DNA from: an uncultured Alphaproteobacteria bacterium
GTDB taxonomy: Bacteria > Pseudomonadota > Alphaproteobacteria > Rhizobiales > Xanthobacteraceae
Length of the DNA: 64,000 nucleotides
Assembly (NCBI GenBank): GCA_963791375.1
Contig: CAWBSI010000028.1
Location: 102,058 to 166,057, forward strand
Direction of reading: 5' to 3'
Shown here: positions 1-9,294 of the stretch, in pieces
Layout of the letters: the number at the start of each line of letters is the position of its first letter
Numbering within the stretch: the first letter of the stretch is position 1
Made by a program: the position numbers and the translations under genes
The notes under the pieces: generated by a model
What the model was told of the DNA's origin: nothing
The model's database searches: none
The model's input: the letters and a program-made list of their open reading frames with translations, nothing else

Positions 1-1635
1 CGTTGAAGCGCCACAGCTGCTGCAGCTTGTCGTCGTCGTAGGCGACCACCCAGCCGTCCTGAAGCGCCGTGAACACGATGACCGCCGGCGGTCGCGGTCA
101 CGCCAGAGCGGATCTCGATGTCGGTCACGGTCTTCGCCGCGATCTTGTGGCTGACGGTGTCGTAGGCGCGTGATGGCGCCGTAGTAGAGATCGCTGGTGT
201 AGGTCCGCTTCTCGTTCCTGGCTCCGGTCGAGCCCGCCGTTCGGGCCCTTGAAGGCGATAGGCGGCGCCGTTCTGGCTGAAGCAACCCTCTGCGCCGACC
301 CCGTAGGCGATGTGCTTCACGGGATTGTAGGCGGTGGGCTGGTAGGCGACGCCGCCGTGCCAGGTCGGGCAGGCCCGCTTCATCGGGTCGCCGCGCAACG
401 CGCGGGCCTCCGGCACATAGGTCTGCACGTCGAGGCCGGGATCGTATTCGATCGGCTTGCCGGTCTTGGGATCGAGGCCCTTGGTCCAGTTGAGATCGTT
501 GACGTACTGGCTGCCGCGCACGAAGCTGCCGTTGTTGCGGTCGAGCGTGTAGAAGAAGCCGTTGCGCCCGAAATGTCCCAGCACCTTGCGCGGCTCGCCG
601 TTGACCGTTGGCGTCGTACAGGAGGTGGATGCCGATCTCGTCATAGTCCCAGGAGTCGTTCGGCAGATACTGGAAGTACCAGACCAGCTTGCCGGTATCG
701 ACGTCGAGCGCGACGACGGAGTTGGTGTAGAGATTGTCGCCCGGGCGCGCCTGCGGATCGTATTGCGGCACCGGGTTGCCGGTGCCCCAGATGGTCAGCC
801 GCGTCGCCGGATCGTAGGAGCCGGTCTGCCAGATGCCGCCGCCGCCGGTCTTCCAGGCGTTGGTCTTGTCCTTCCAGGTCTCGCTGCCGGGATCGCCGGG
901 CTTCGGAATCGCGTACCACCGCCACAGCTCGTTGCCGGTGCGGGCGTCGAGCGCCGCGAGCCAGCCGCGGGTGGCGTCGCCGGCGCCGTTCGCGATGATG
1001 ACCTTGCCGTCGACCGCGAGCGGCGCGGTGACGAATTTCTCCTTGCTGCCGAACTCGTCGACCTTGGCGACCCGCTTGTCCCACACGATCTCGCCGTTGT
1101 CGCGATTGATGGCGATCACGCGACCGTCCGGAAGATTGGCGATCACGAGATCTTCCCACAGCGCGATGCCGCGGGTGCGCGGCACGTTGCCCTCGTGCTT
1201 GACGCCGGGATCGCAAATCCAGACGAATTCGCCGTGATCGCCGCTGCGGGCGTCGATCTTGTAGACCGTGCCCCAGCCGTCGGTCGTATACATGAACCCG
1301 TTGTCGATGAGCGGATTGACCTCGTTCTCCGGGCCGTTCTGGCCGACATCCTGCATGCCGCGCAGCGCCAGCGCCCACACCAGGCGCAGGTTCTTGACGT
1401 TGTCGCGGTTGATCTGGGTGAGCTTGGAGTAGCGGGTCGAGCCGTAGTCGCCGTTCATCATGAGCCAGTTCTGCGGCTCGTTGCCCGCATTGATGAGGCG
1501 GTCCTTGTTGACCGTCATCTTGTACTCGGCGGCGAAGGACGATGGGGCGAGTGCGGCGAAAGATACGCCGAGCAAGGCGGCGCGCGCGATGTTGACGGGA
1601 TTTCCGACGAGGTAACGCCTGACGCAGTCACGCAT
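1..1635 (-). pseudogene. PQQ-dependent dehydrogenase (methanol/ethanol quinoprotein family), tandem copy 1 of 3, multiply frameshifted, 3' end beyond window edge
   Basis: Reverse translation from ATG 1635 (SD GGGAGGA upstream) gives MRDCVRRYLVGNPVNIARAALLGVSFAALAPSSFAAEYKMTVNKDRLIN..., collinear with the intact copy at 3701-5467. The frame is lost near 607, 250, 215, 170 and 85, each a 1-nt surplus relative to copies 2/3. Confidence 0.8.
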
Positions 1636-1663
1636 GCTGTCCTCCCTGGAATGTTGTTCGAAA

Positions 1664-1770
1664 CTCCCTCTCCCGCTTGCGGGGGAGGGCTGGGGAGGGG
1701 GCCGCCGCAACTCGCCGCCCTACCCCGCCGCGCCCCCTCCCCGACCCTCCCCCGCAAGCGGGAGAGGGAG
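1664..1770. repeat. REP-type two-armed palindromic element, family 1 (CTCCCTCTCCCGCTTGCGGGGGAGGG...)
   Basis: Arm 1664-1701 is the reverse complement of arm 1733-1770, and each arm also folds on itself. A near-identical copy lies at 3588-3694. It sits 6 nt after the stop of copy 2 and 28 nt before the start of copy 1. Confidence 0.85.
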
Positions 1771-1776
1771 AAAGGT

Positions 1777-3559
1777 TCAGTTCAGCGCGAACACGAACAG
1801 GTAGCTCGAGTGCTCGAGGTTGTCGTATTTCACCGGATGCAGGTGGCGTCCGCTCGCCTGCACTGCGAGATACTGCTTCGGCCCGATCGCGTAGACGACC
1901 GGCGCACCCTTGAGCGGCGTGCCGACATTGAAGCGCCACAGCTCCTGCAGCTTCTCGTCGTCATAGGCGACCACCCAGCCGTCCTGCAGCGCCGAGAACA
2001 CGAGCCCGCCCGCAGTGACGGTCGCGCCGGAGCGGATTTCGATATTCGTCACGGTCTTCGCCAGCACCTTGTGGTTGACCACGTCGTAGGCCGTGATGGC
2101 CCCATAGTAGAGATCGCTCGTGTAGGTCCGCTTCTCGAACTTCGCCCGGTCGAGCCCGCCGTCCGGCCCCTTGAAGGCGGCGGCTGCACCGTTCTGGCTG
2201 AAGCAGCCTTCGGCGCCGACGCCGTAGGCGATCTGCTTGACCGGGTTGTAGGCGGTCGGCTGATGGGCGACGCCGCCGTGCCAGGTCGGGACAGGTGCGC
2301 TTCATCGGGTCGCCGCGCAGCGCGCGGGCTTCCGGCACATAGGTCTGCACGTCGAGCTTGGGATCGTATTCGATCGGCTTGCCGGTCTTGGGATCGAGGC
2401 CCTTGGTCCAGTTGAGATCGTTGACGTACTGGCCGCCCTTGATGAAGCTGCCGTTGGCGCGATCGAGCGTATAGAAGAATCCGTTGCGCCCGAAATGGCC
2501 CATCACCTTGCGGGCCTCGCCGTTGATGTTGACGTCGTACAGCATCTGAATGCCGATCTCGTCATAGTCCCACGAGTCGTTCGGCAGGTATTGATAGTAC
2601 CAGTTGAGCTTGCCGGTGTTGACGTCGAGCGCGACCACCGAGTTGGTGTAGAGATTGTCGCCTGGGCGCGACTGCGGATCATATTGCGGGACCGGATTGC
2701 CGGTGCCCCAGATGGTGAGCTTGTTGACGGGATCGTAGGAGCCGGTCTGCCACAGGCCGCCGCCGCCGGTCTTCCAGGCGTTGTTCTTGTCCTTCCAGGT
2801 CTCGCTGCCGGGCTCGCCGGGCTTCGGGATCGCGTACCAACGCCACAGCTCGTTGCCGGTCCTGGCGTCGAGCGCCGCGAGCCAGCCGCGGGTGCCGCCG
2901 TCGCCGGCGCCGTTCGCGACGATGACCTTGCCCTCGGCCGTGATCGGCGCCGAGTTCATCCTCTCCTTGGTGCCGAATTCGTTCGGCTTCGCCACCTGCT
3001 TGTCCCATACGATCTCGCCGCTGTCGCGATTGATGGCGATGACGCGACCGTCGGGCAGGTTGTTGATCACGAGGTCTTCCCACAGCGCGATGCCGCGGGT
3101 GCGCGGGATGTTGCCCTCATGCTTGACGCCGGGATCGGCGATCCAGACGAACTCGCCGTGATCGCCGCTGCGCACGTCGATCTTGTAGACCGTGCCCCAG
3201 CCGTCGCTCGTATACATGAAGCCGTTGTCGATCAGCGGATTGACTTCGTTCTCGGGACCGTTCTGGCCGATGTCCTGCATGCCGCGCAGCGCCATCGCCC
3301 ACACCATGTGCAGGTTCTTGACGTTGTCGCGGTTGATCTGGGCGAGTTTGGAGTAGCGGGTCGAACCGTAGTCGCCGTTCATCATCAGCCAGTTCTGCGG
3401 CTCCTTGTCCGAGTTGATGAGCCGGTCCTTGTTGACCGTCATCTTGTACTCGGCGGCGAAGGCCGATGCGGCGAGTGCGGCGAAGGAAACGCCGAGCAAG
3501 GCGGTGCGCGCGGTATTGACGATCTTTCCGGAATGATAACGCCTGACGCGGTCACGCAT
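1777..3559 (-). pseudogene. PQQ-dependent dehydrogenase, tandem copy 2 of 3, single frameshift
   Basis: ATG 3559 (M26 of track ORF 1961-3634) gives MRDRVRRYHSGKIVNTARTALLGVSFAALAASAFAAEYKM... The correct frame ends at ...RGDPMKRTCP and resumes in ORF 1777-2082 (..VNHKVLAKTVTNIEIRSG...FVFALN). An extra A at 2291 (gggAcagg versus gggcagg in copy 3) explains the shift. Confidence 0.85.
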
Positions 3560-3587
3560 GGTGTCCTCCCTGGAATGTTGTTCGAAA

Positions 3588-3694
3588 CTCCCTCTCCCGC
3601 TTGCGGGGGAGGGCTGGGGAGGGGGCCGCCGCAACTCGCCGCCCTACCCCGCCGCGCCCCCTCCCCGACCCTCCCCCGCAAGCGGGAGAGGGAG
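3588..3694. repeat. REP-type two-armed palindromic element, family 1 (second copy)
   Basis: Same sequence and same position relative to flanking genes as 1664-1770. The 'ORFs' 3439-3681, 3552-3863 and 3601-3837 (PLPSPPPQAGEG / LPRKRERE) are translations of this repeat. Confidence 0.85.
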
Positions 3695-3700
3695 AAGGCC

Positions 3701-5467
3701 TCAGTTCAACGCGAAGACGAACAGATAGCTCGAGTGCTCGAGATTGTCGTACTTCACTGGATGCAGGTGGCGTCCGCTCGACTGCACCGCGAGATACTCC
3801 TTCGGCCCGATCGCATAGACGACCGGCGCACCCTTGAGCGGCGTGCCGACGTTGAAGCGCCACAGCTCCTGCAGCTTCTCGTCGTCATAGGCGACGATCC
3901 AGCCGTCCTGCAGCGCCGAGAACACGACGCCGCCCGCGGTGACGGTCGCGCCGGAGCGGATTTCGATATCCGTCACGGTCTTCGCCAGCACCTTGTGGTT
4001 GGCCACGTCGTAAGCGGTGATGGCACCGTAATAGAGATCACTGGTGTAGTTGCGCTTCTCGCTTCCCTTCGCGTCGAGCCCGCCATCCGGGCCCTTGAAC
4101 TTGAACTCGGCGCCGTTCTGGCTGAAGCAGCCTTCGGTGCCGACGCCATAGGCGATCTGCTTGACCGGATTGTAGGCGGTCGGCTGATGGGCGACGCCGC
4201 CGTGCCAGGTCGGGCAGGCGCGCTTCATCGGATCGCCACGCAGGGCGCGGGCTTCGGGCACGTATTTCTGCACGTCGAGCCCGGGATCGTATTCGAGGGG
4301 CTTGCCGGTCTTGGGATCGAGGCCCTTGGTCCAGTTGACGTCGTTGACGTACTGGCCGCCCTTGATGAAGCTGCCGTTGGCGCGATCGAGCGTGTAGTAG
4401 AAGCCGTTGCGCCCGAAATGCCCCATCACCTTGCGGAGCTCGCCGTTGATGTTGATGTCGTAGAGCATCTGGATGCCGATCTCGTCATAGTCCCAGGAGT
4501 TGTTCGGCAGGTATTGATAGTACCAGTTGAGCTTGCCGGTGTTGACGTCGAGCGCAACGACCGAGTCGGTGTAGAGATTGTCGCCCGGCCGCGACTGCGG
4601 GTCGTACATCGGGACCGGATTGCCGGTGCCCCAGATGGTGAGCTTGTTGACGGGATCGTAGGAGCCGGTCTGCCACAGGCCGCCGCCACCGGTCTTCCAG
4701 GCGTTGTTCTTGTCCTTCCAGGTCTCGCTGCCGGGGTCGCCCGGCTTGGGAACGACGTACCAGCGCCACAGCTCGTTGCCGGTCTTGGCATCAAGCCCAG
4801 CGAGCCAGCCGCGGGTGCCGGCATCGCCGGAGCCATTCGCCACGATGATCTTGCCTTCGGCCGCGATCGGCGCCGAGCGGAAACGCTCCTTGCTGCCGAA
4901 TTCATTCGGCTTCGCAATCTGCTTGTCCCACACGATCTCCCCGCTGTCGCGGTTGATCGCAATGACGCGACCGTCGGGCAGGTTGTTGATCACGAGGTCG
5001 TCCCACAGCGCGATACCGCGCGTCTGCGGAATGTTGCCCTCGTGCTTGACGCCGGGATCGGCGATCCAGACGAATTCGCCGTGATCGCCGCTGCGCACGT
5101 CGATCTTGTAGACCGTGCCCCAGCCGTCGCTGGTGTACATGAATCCGTTGTCGATCAGCGGATTGACTTCGTTCTCGGGACCGTTCTGCCCGACATCCTG
5201 CATGCCGCGCAGCGCCATCGCCCACACCATGTGCAGGTTCTTGACGTTGTCGCGGTTGATCTGGGCGAGTTTGGAGTAGCGGGTCGAGCCGTAGTCGCCG
5301 TTCATCATCAGCCAGTTCTGCGGCTCCTTGTCCGAGTTGATGAGCCGGTCCTTGTTGACCGTCATCTTGTACTCGGCGGCGAAGGCCGATGCGCTCAAGG
5401 CGACGAGCGAAACGCCCAATAACGCGGCGCGCGAGGTAGTGGCGACACTCCTGGTGCCAAGACGCAT
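3701..5467 (-). CDS. PQQ-dependent dehydrogenase, methanol/ethanol family (intact tandem copy 3; D-Y-D lanthanide-type signature, no vicinal Cys-Cys)
   Basis: 588 aa from ATG 5467 (M29 of track ORF; SD GGGAGGA). It has a signal peptide (AALLGVSLVALSASAFA), propeller motifs WKTGGGGLWQTGSYDP and GNPVPMYDP, an active-site region NNSWDYDEIG, and a C-terminus ...SSYLFVFALN. Confidence 0.9.
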   Translation of the reverse strand: MRLGTRSVATTSRAALLGVSLVALSASAFAAEYKMTVNKDRLINSDKEPQNWLMMNGDYGSTRYSKLAQINRDNVKNLHMVWAMALRGMQDVGQNGPENEVNPLIDNGFMYTSDGWGTVYKIDVRSGDHGEFVWIADPGVKHEGNIPQTRGIALWDDLVINNLPDGRVIAINRDSGEIVWDKQIAKPNEFGSKERFRSAPIAAEGKIIVANGSGDAGTRGWLAGLDAKTGNELWRWYVVPKPGDPGSETWKDKNNAWKTGGGGLWQTGSYDPVNKLTIWGTGNPVPMYDPQSRPGDNLYTDSVVALDVNTGKLNWYYQYLPNNSWDYDEIGIQMLYDININGELRKVMGHFGRNGFYYTLDRANGSFIKGGQYVNDVNWTKGLDPKTGKPLEYDPGLDVQKYVPEARALRGDPMKRACPTWHGGVAHQPTAYNPVKQIAYGVGTEGCFSQNGAEFKFKGPDGGLDAKGSEKRNYTSDLYYGAITAYDVANHKVLAKTVTDIEIRSGATVTAGGVVFSALQDGWIVAYDDEKLQELWRFNVGTPLKGAPVVYAIGPKEYLAVQSSGRHLHPVKYDNLEHSSYLFVFALN

Positions 5468-5614
5468 TGAATCCTCCCTGACGTGTTTCCCGAAAACTCC
5501 CCCGCGCCGTTGTTCCGACTGCACACGCTCGGGAAGTCCCGAAGCGGACACTACACGGCTACCGCCCCCTCGGAAAGGGACGGATTGCGCGACCGTCCGT
5601 CGCGAAATGCAATG

Positions 5615-6586
5615 CTACACCCTGATGTTGAGCTCTTTGGCGAGCCGCGCGTATCTTGCCGAATCCTCCTGGACGACCCGGGCGAACTGCTCCGCACTGC
5701 CGCCGACCGGCTCGGTAGCGGTCTGCAGAAGACTGTCGCGGGTGGCCGGATCGGCGACCGCCTTGTTCATCTCCGCGTTGAGGCGGGCGATGATGGGGGC
5801 CGGCGTGCCGGACGGCACGAAGGCGCCGTACCAGGTCTCCAGCACGATTCCGTTCATGCCGGCCTCCTCGAAGGTCGGAACGTCCGGCAGGCTCGGCGAC
5901 CGCACCTTCGCGGATTGTGCGAGGAAACGCAGGGTTCCCGTCTTGTAGTGGGGGATCAGCGCGGTCGGCCCGAGCACCCCGATGAGGATGTGTCCGGCGA
6001 TGAAATCGTTGACCGCCTGGCCGGCCCCCCGATAAGGCACGTGCTCGAGCTTGATGCCGGCCTCCTTGGCGAACCACTCCCCCAGAATGTGCTGGTTCGA
6101 ACCGACGCCCGAGGTCGCGAAGCTCATGCCGGGCTGCGCCTTGACGGCGGCTACCAACTCGGCGACCGACTTCACATTGAAGGAGGAATGCACCGCGAGG
6201 ACCAGCGTCTGCCGCGACAGTTCGATCACCGGCACCAGGTCTTTCACGAAGTCGGTGTTGACCCGCAGCACATGGGGCGCACTGGCGACGTTGTCGTTGG
6301 AAACGAGGACGGAATAGCCGTCCGGCGGGCTCTTTGCCGCGGTCTCGATGCCGATCATCCCGCCGGCGCCGAGCTTGTTCTCGAGATAGACCTGCTGGCC
6401 GATGGTGCGCGAGAGATATTCACCCACGAGGCGCGCCACGAAGTCCAATCCGCCGCCCGGCGCGAGCGGCACGATGAACCGGACCGGCCGCGCCGGATAG
6501 GCCTGCGCCATCGCCACGCGCGACAGCGCCGGCGTCGCGGCCGCGGCGGCCGCACCTTGCATGAATCGACGGCGGGCAAGGTCCAT
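5615..6586 (-). CDS. Bug/TctC-family periplasmic substrate-binding protein (tripartite tricarboxylate transporter type)
   Basis: Starts at ATG 6586 (MDLARRRFMQGAAAAAA, Tat-like signal; SD GAGGAA). Family hallmarks are PVRFIVPLAPGGGLD, ENKLGAGG and PPDGYSVLV. Confidence 0.85.
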   Translation of the reverse strand: MDLARRRFMQGAAAAAATPALSRVAMAQAYPARPVRFIVPLAPGGGLDFVARLVGEYLSRTIGQQVYLENKLGAGGMIGIETAAKSPPDGYSVLVSNDNVASAPHVLRVNTDFVKDLVPVIELSRQTLVLAVHSSFNVKSVAELVAAVKAQPGMSFATSGVGSNQHILGEWFAKEAGIKLEHVPYRGAGQAVNDFIAGHILIGVLGPTALIPHYKTGTLRFLAQSAKVRSPSLPDVPTFEEAGMNGIVLETWYGAFVPSGTPAPIIARLNAEMNKAVADPATRDSLLQTATEPVGGSAEQFARVVQEDSARYARLAKELNIRV

Positions 6587-6668
6587 GGGGGTTCCTCTGC
6601 TTTGTTCTTGTTGCAACGCTATGGCTGCAACCTAGCCGATGCCCCCTGGCGTGTCATCGCCCTGCGCC

Positions 6669-7634
6669 TCAATCGGCGTGGACCCCGCTCGCCTTGATCG
6701 GCCCAGACCATTTCTTGATCTCGCTCGGGACGAAGCGGGCCAGATATTCCGGCGTTCGCCGCTGCGGCGCGACCACCGAGATGCCGAGGTTTTCGAAACG
6801 GGCGCGCACCGAAGGCGTGTCCACCGCTTGGCTCGCCACTTCGGCAAGGCGACGGACGATGGCGTCCGCCGTGCCCTTGGGAAACGACAGCGCGATCCAC
6901 ACGCTGCAATCGAGGTCGACGCCCTGCTCCTGCGCGGTCGGGAGGTCGGCGAGAGCCGGCGGCCGCTCCGAGGCGAGCGTGGCGAGCGCCTTCACCGCGC
7001 CGGACTGGATTTGGGGATAGGCCGTCGAAATCTGCTCGCAGGTGAAGTCGATGCGGCCGGCGAGCAAGTCCTGCATGGCGGGCCCGGTGCCGCGATAGGG
7101 AACATGCGCCATGTGGGTGCCGATCAGCGTGTCGAGGAGGATGGCGCAGACATGCGACCCCGAGCCGGCGCCGGCGGAGGCATACTGCATATGATCCTGG
7201 TTGGCCTTTGCATACGTGATGAATTCGCCGAGCGTGTTGGCCGGGAGGTCCTTGCGGGTAATCAGGATCCGCGCCGATTCCGCGATGAGGGCCACCGGCT
7301 CGAAATCGGTTACGGCATTGTAGAGCGGCTTCTTGTAGAGAGTCGGGATCTGCCCGAGCACGGCGAGGCCGGAGAGCAGCAAGGTGTAGCCGTCCGGCGC
7401 GGCCTTCGCCACCCGGTTCGCCCCGGTCATGCCGCCGGCGCCGCCGACATTCTCGACGATGACCTGCTGATGAAGGAGTTCGCCCAGGCGCGCCGCCAGG
7501 ATTCGCGCCTGGGAATCGTTCGGGCCGCCGGCCGCATAGGGCACCACAAAGGTCACCGGCCGCACCGGCCAATCCTGCGCATGGGCCAAAGAGGCGGACG
7601 CAACGATGGCGAAAGCGAGCGCGGCTGTTCTCAT
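6669..7634 (-). CDS. Bug/TctC-family periplasmic substrate-binding protein
   Basis: ATG 7634 with SD AGGGAGAGG gives MRTAALAFAIVASASLAHAQDWPVRPVTFVVPYAAGGPND...APDGYTLLL. The upstream 400 codons of track ORF 6669-8828 are antisense to the 7842-8945 gene. Confidence 0.85.
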   Translation of the reverse strand: MRTAALAFAIVASASLAHAQDWPVRPVTFVVPYAAGGPNDSQARILAARLGELLHQQVIVENVGGAGGMTGANRVAKAAPDGYTLLLSGLAVLGQIPTLYKKPLYNAVTDFEPVALIAESARILITRKDLPANTLGEFITYAKANQDHMQYASAGAGSGSHVCAILLDTLIGTHMAHVPYRGTGPAMQDLLAGRIDFTCEQISTAYPQIQSGAVKALATLASERPPALADLPTAQEQGVDLDCSVWIALSFPKGTADAIVRRLAEVASQAVDTPSVRARFENLGISVVAPQRRTPEYLARFVPSEIKKWSGPIKASGVHAD

Positions 7635-7841
7635 CCGACCTCTCCCTTGTTGTTCCGGCTTCCTTTGTTTTCCCGGCTTGGCGCCAGAGAAATCTCGCCG
7701 CTTCGATCGCATGCCTGACGGCGCAACATACAGGGTCGGTGACAGTGCCGGAAGGCCGGCATGCGTCGAGTCGCGCTTGGTTGACAACCGGGCGGGGCCG
7801 CCCATGATCCCGGCATCCCCGCGTGATCGCAAGGAATGGGA

Positions 7842-8945
7842 ATGAGCATAAGGACGGTGGCGGTTCTCGGCGCCGGACACGGCGGCTGCGCGGCGGCCGC
7901 CGACCTCGGCCGGCGCGGCTACGAGGTGCGCCTGCACGCGCGCAGCGCCGAGCGCCTCGCCCCGTTGCGCGACCGCGGCGGCATCGAGGCGCGCGGCGTG
8001 CAGCAGGGACTCGTTCCCGTTGCGCTGCTGACCACCGATCTCGCGCAAGCCGTACGCGGTGCCGACCTGATCATGCTGGTGGTGCCGTCGGTCGCTCACG
8101 AGCCCTATGCGCGCGCCCTGGCGCCGCTCATCGACGGCAGCCAGCCGATCTTCCTCAACCCCGGGCATACCGGCGGCGGGCTGCATTTCCTCCATGAGTT
8201 GCGCCGCGCCGGCTATCGCGGGCCGTTGCGCAGCTGCGAGACGGTGACGCTGACCTACATCACCCGCATGGAGGGCCCGGCGACCGTCAACATCTACAGC
8301 TACACCCGGCGGCTGCGCTTTGCCGCCCTGCCCGGCCGGCACGCCGCCGAGATGCTCGCGCTGGTCGCGCCGCTCTACCCGGAGATCGTCGCCGCATCGA
8401 GCGTGCTCGAGACCGGGCTCGGGAATCTCAACGCAATCTTCCATCCGCCCGGGATGCTCATGAATGCAGGCTGGCTCGAGCGCACCGGCGGCGGCTTTCT
8501 GTTCTACCGTGAAGGCTTCACGCCGGCGGTCGGCCGCGTCACCGCCGCGGTCGATGCGGAACGCATGGCGGTGGCGCGCGCGCTCGGCGTTCCAGCCGCG
8601 CCGTTTCTCGACATCTTCTACGAGGCGGGGCTCACCACCAAGGCGGCGCGCGATGCCGGCGACATCGCTCGCGCCTGCGAGGAGAGCGAACCCAATCGGA
8701 CCATCAAGGCGCCGCCGCGCCTCGATCATCGCTACATCCATGAAGATATCGGCTACGGCCTCGTACCGATGGCGGCGCTCGGTCGCCTCGCCGGGGTCGC
8801 GACTCCCACCATGGACGCGCTGGTGCAACTCGCCTCCGTCGCGCTCGGCATCGACTACGTGCGCGACGGCCTGACACTGGAGCGGCTCGGCCTCGCCGGC
8901 AAATTGCCGGCCGAGCTTTTGAAATTCGCCCAGCAGGGTGCGTGA
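7842..8945 (+). CDS. NAD/NADP octopine/nopaline (opine) dehydrogenase family oxidoreductase
   Basis: It has a Rossmann N-terminus (IRTVAVLGAGHGGCAAAADL) and the central motif LGNLNAIFHPPGMLMNAGWLE typical of this family. ATG 7842 has better SD spacing than ATG 7836. Confidence 0.7.
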   Translation: MSIRTVAVLGAGHGGCAAAADLGRRGYEVRLHARSAERLAPLRDRGGIEARGVQQGLVPVALLTTDLAQAVRGADLIMLVVPSVAHEPYARALAPLIDGSQPIFLNPGHTGGGLHFLHELRRAGYRGPLRSCETVTLTYITRMEGPATVNIYSYTRRLRFAALPGRHAAEMLALVAPLYPEIVAASSVLETGLGNLNAIFHPPGMLMNAGWLERTGGGFLFYREGFTPAVGRVTAAVDAERMAVARALGVPAAPFLDIFYEAGLTTKAARDAGDIARACEESEPNRTIKAPPRLDHRYIHEDIGYGLVPMAALGRLAGVATPTMDALVQLASVALGIDYVRDGLTLERLGLAGKLPAELLKFAQQGA

Positions 8946-8957
8946 GGCAAGACGGCG

Positions 8958-9233
8958 CTACAGCAGCAGGTCGCTGTATTCGGGATGCTTGCCCATGAAG
9001 GCCGAGACGAACGGGCATTTGGGAACGACCTTGAGCCCTTGCGCGCGCACCGTCTCCAGCGCGCTGCGGATCAGCTTCGTTCCGACACCCCGGCCCGACA
9101 GCGCCTGCGGCACTTCGGTGTGCACGAAGGTGATCACTCCCGGCGTCAAGCGATAATAGGCAACGGCCTGCTGCCCGTCGATGTCGAGCTCGAAGCGATT
9201 GAGCGCGGTGTTGTTGCGAACGCCGTCGGACAT
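8958..9233 (-). CDS. small GNAT-like N-acetyltransferase (YjdJ type)
   Basis: 91 aa from ATG 9233: MSDGVRNNTALNRFELDIDGQQAVAYYRL...VPQALSGRGVGTKLIRSALETVRAQGLKVVPKCPFV, the characteristic single-domain GNAT fold sequence. Confidence 0.7.
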   Translation of the reverse strand: MSDGVRNNTALNRFELDIDGQQAVAYYRLTPGVITFVHTEVPQALSGRGVGTKLIRSALETVRAQGLKVVPKCPFVSAFMGKHPEYSDLLL

Positions 9234-9294
9234 GATGCCTGTCTCCTGCGCGCGATGGCGGGCGTTCCTCTGGAACGTGACGGCGGTGCCGCCG

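Noticed and set aside
1515-3863. Small ORFs encoding PLPSPPPQAGEG / LPRKRERE-type peptides (1515-1757, 1628-1939, 1677-1913, 3439-3681, 3552-3863, 3601-3837), and similar ones at 34243-34514
   Set aside because: They are translations of the REP palindromes. Both strands give mirror-image low-complexity peptides, and the ORFs overlap real gene ends.
562-5422. Long plus-strand ORFs 562-2415 (617 aa) and 2495-5422 (975 aa), plus many shorter ones across the PQQ dehydrogenase array
   Set aside because: They are antisense shadow ORFs of the minus-strand PQQ dehydrogenase copies. The products are Arg/Ala/Gly/Val-rich and low in complexity with no recognisable domains, as is typical of GC-rich DNA.
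6669-8828. 719-aa minus-strand ORF suggesting a very large Bug-family fusion protein
   Set aside because: Only the last 321 codons (from ATG 7634, which has an SD and a signal peptide) look like a Bug protein. The upstream 400 codons are antisense to the well-supported opine-dehydrogenase-like gene.
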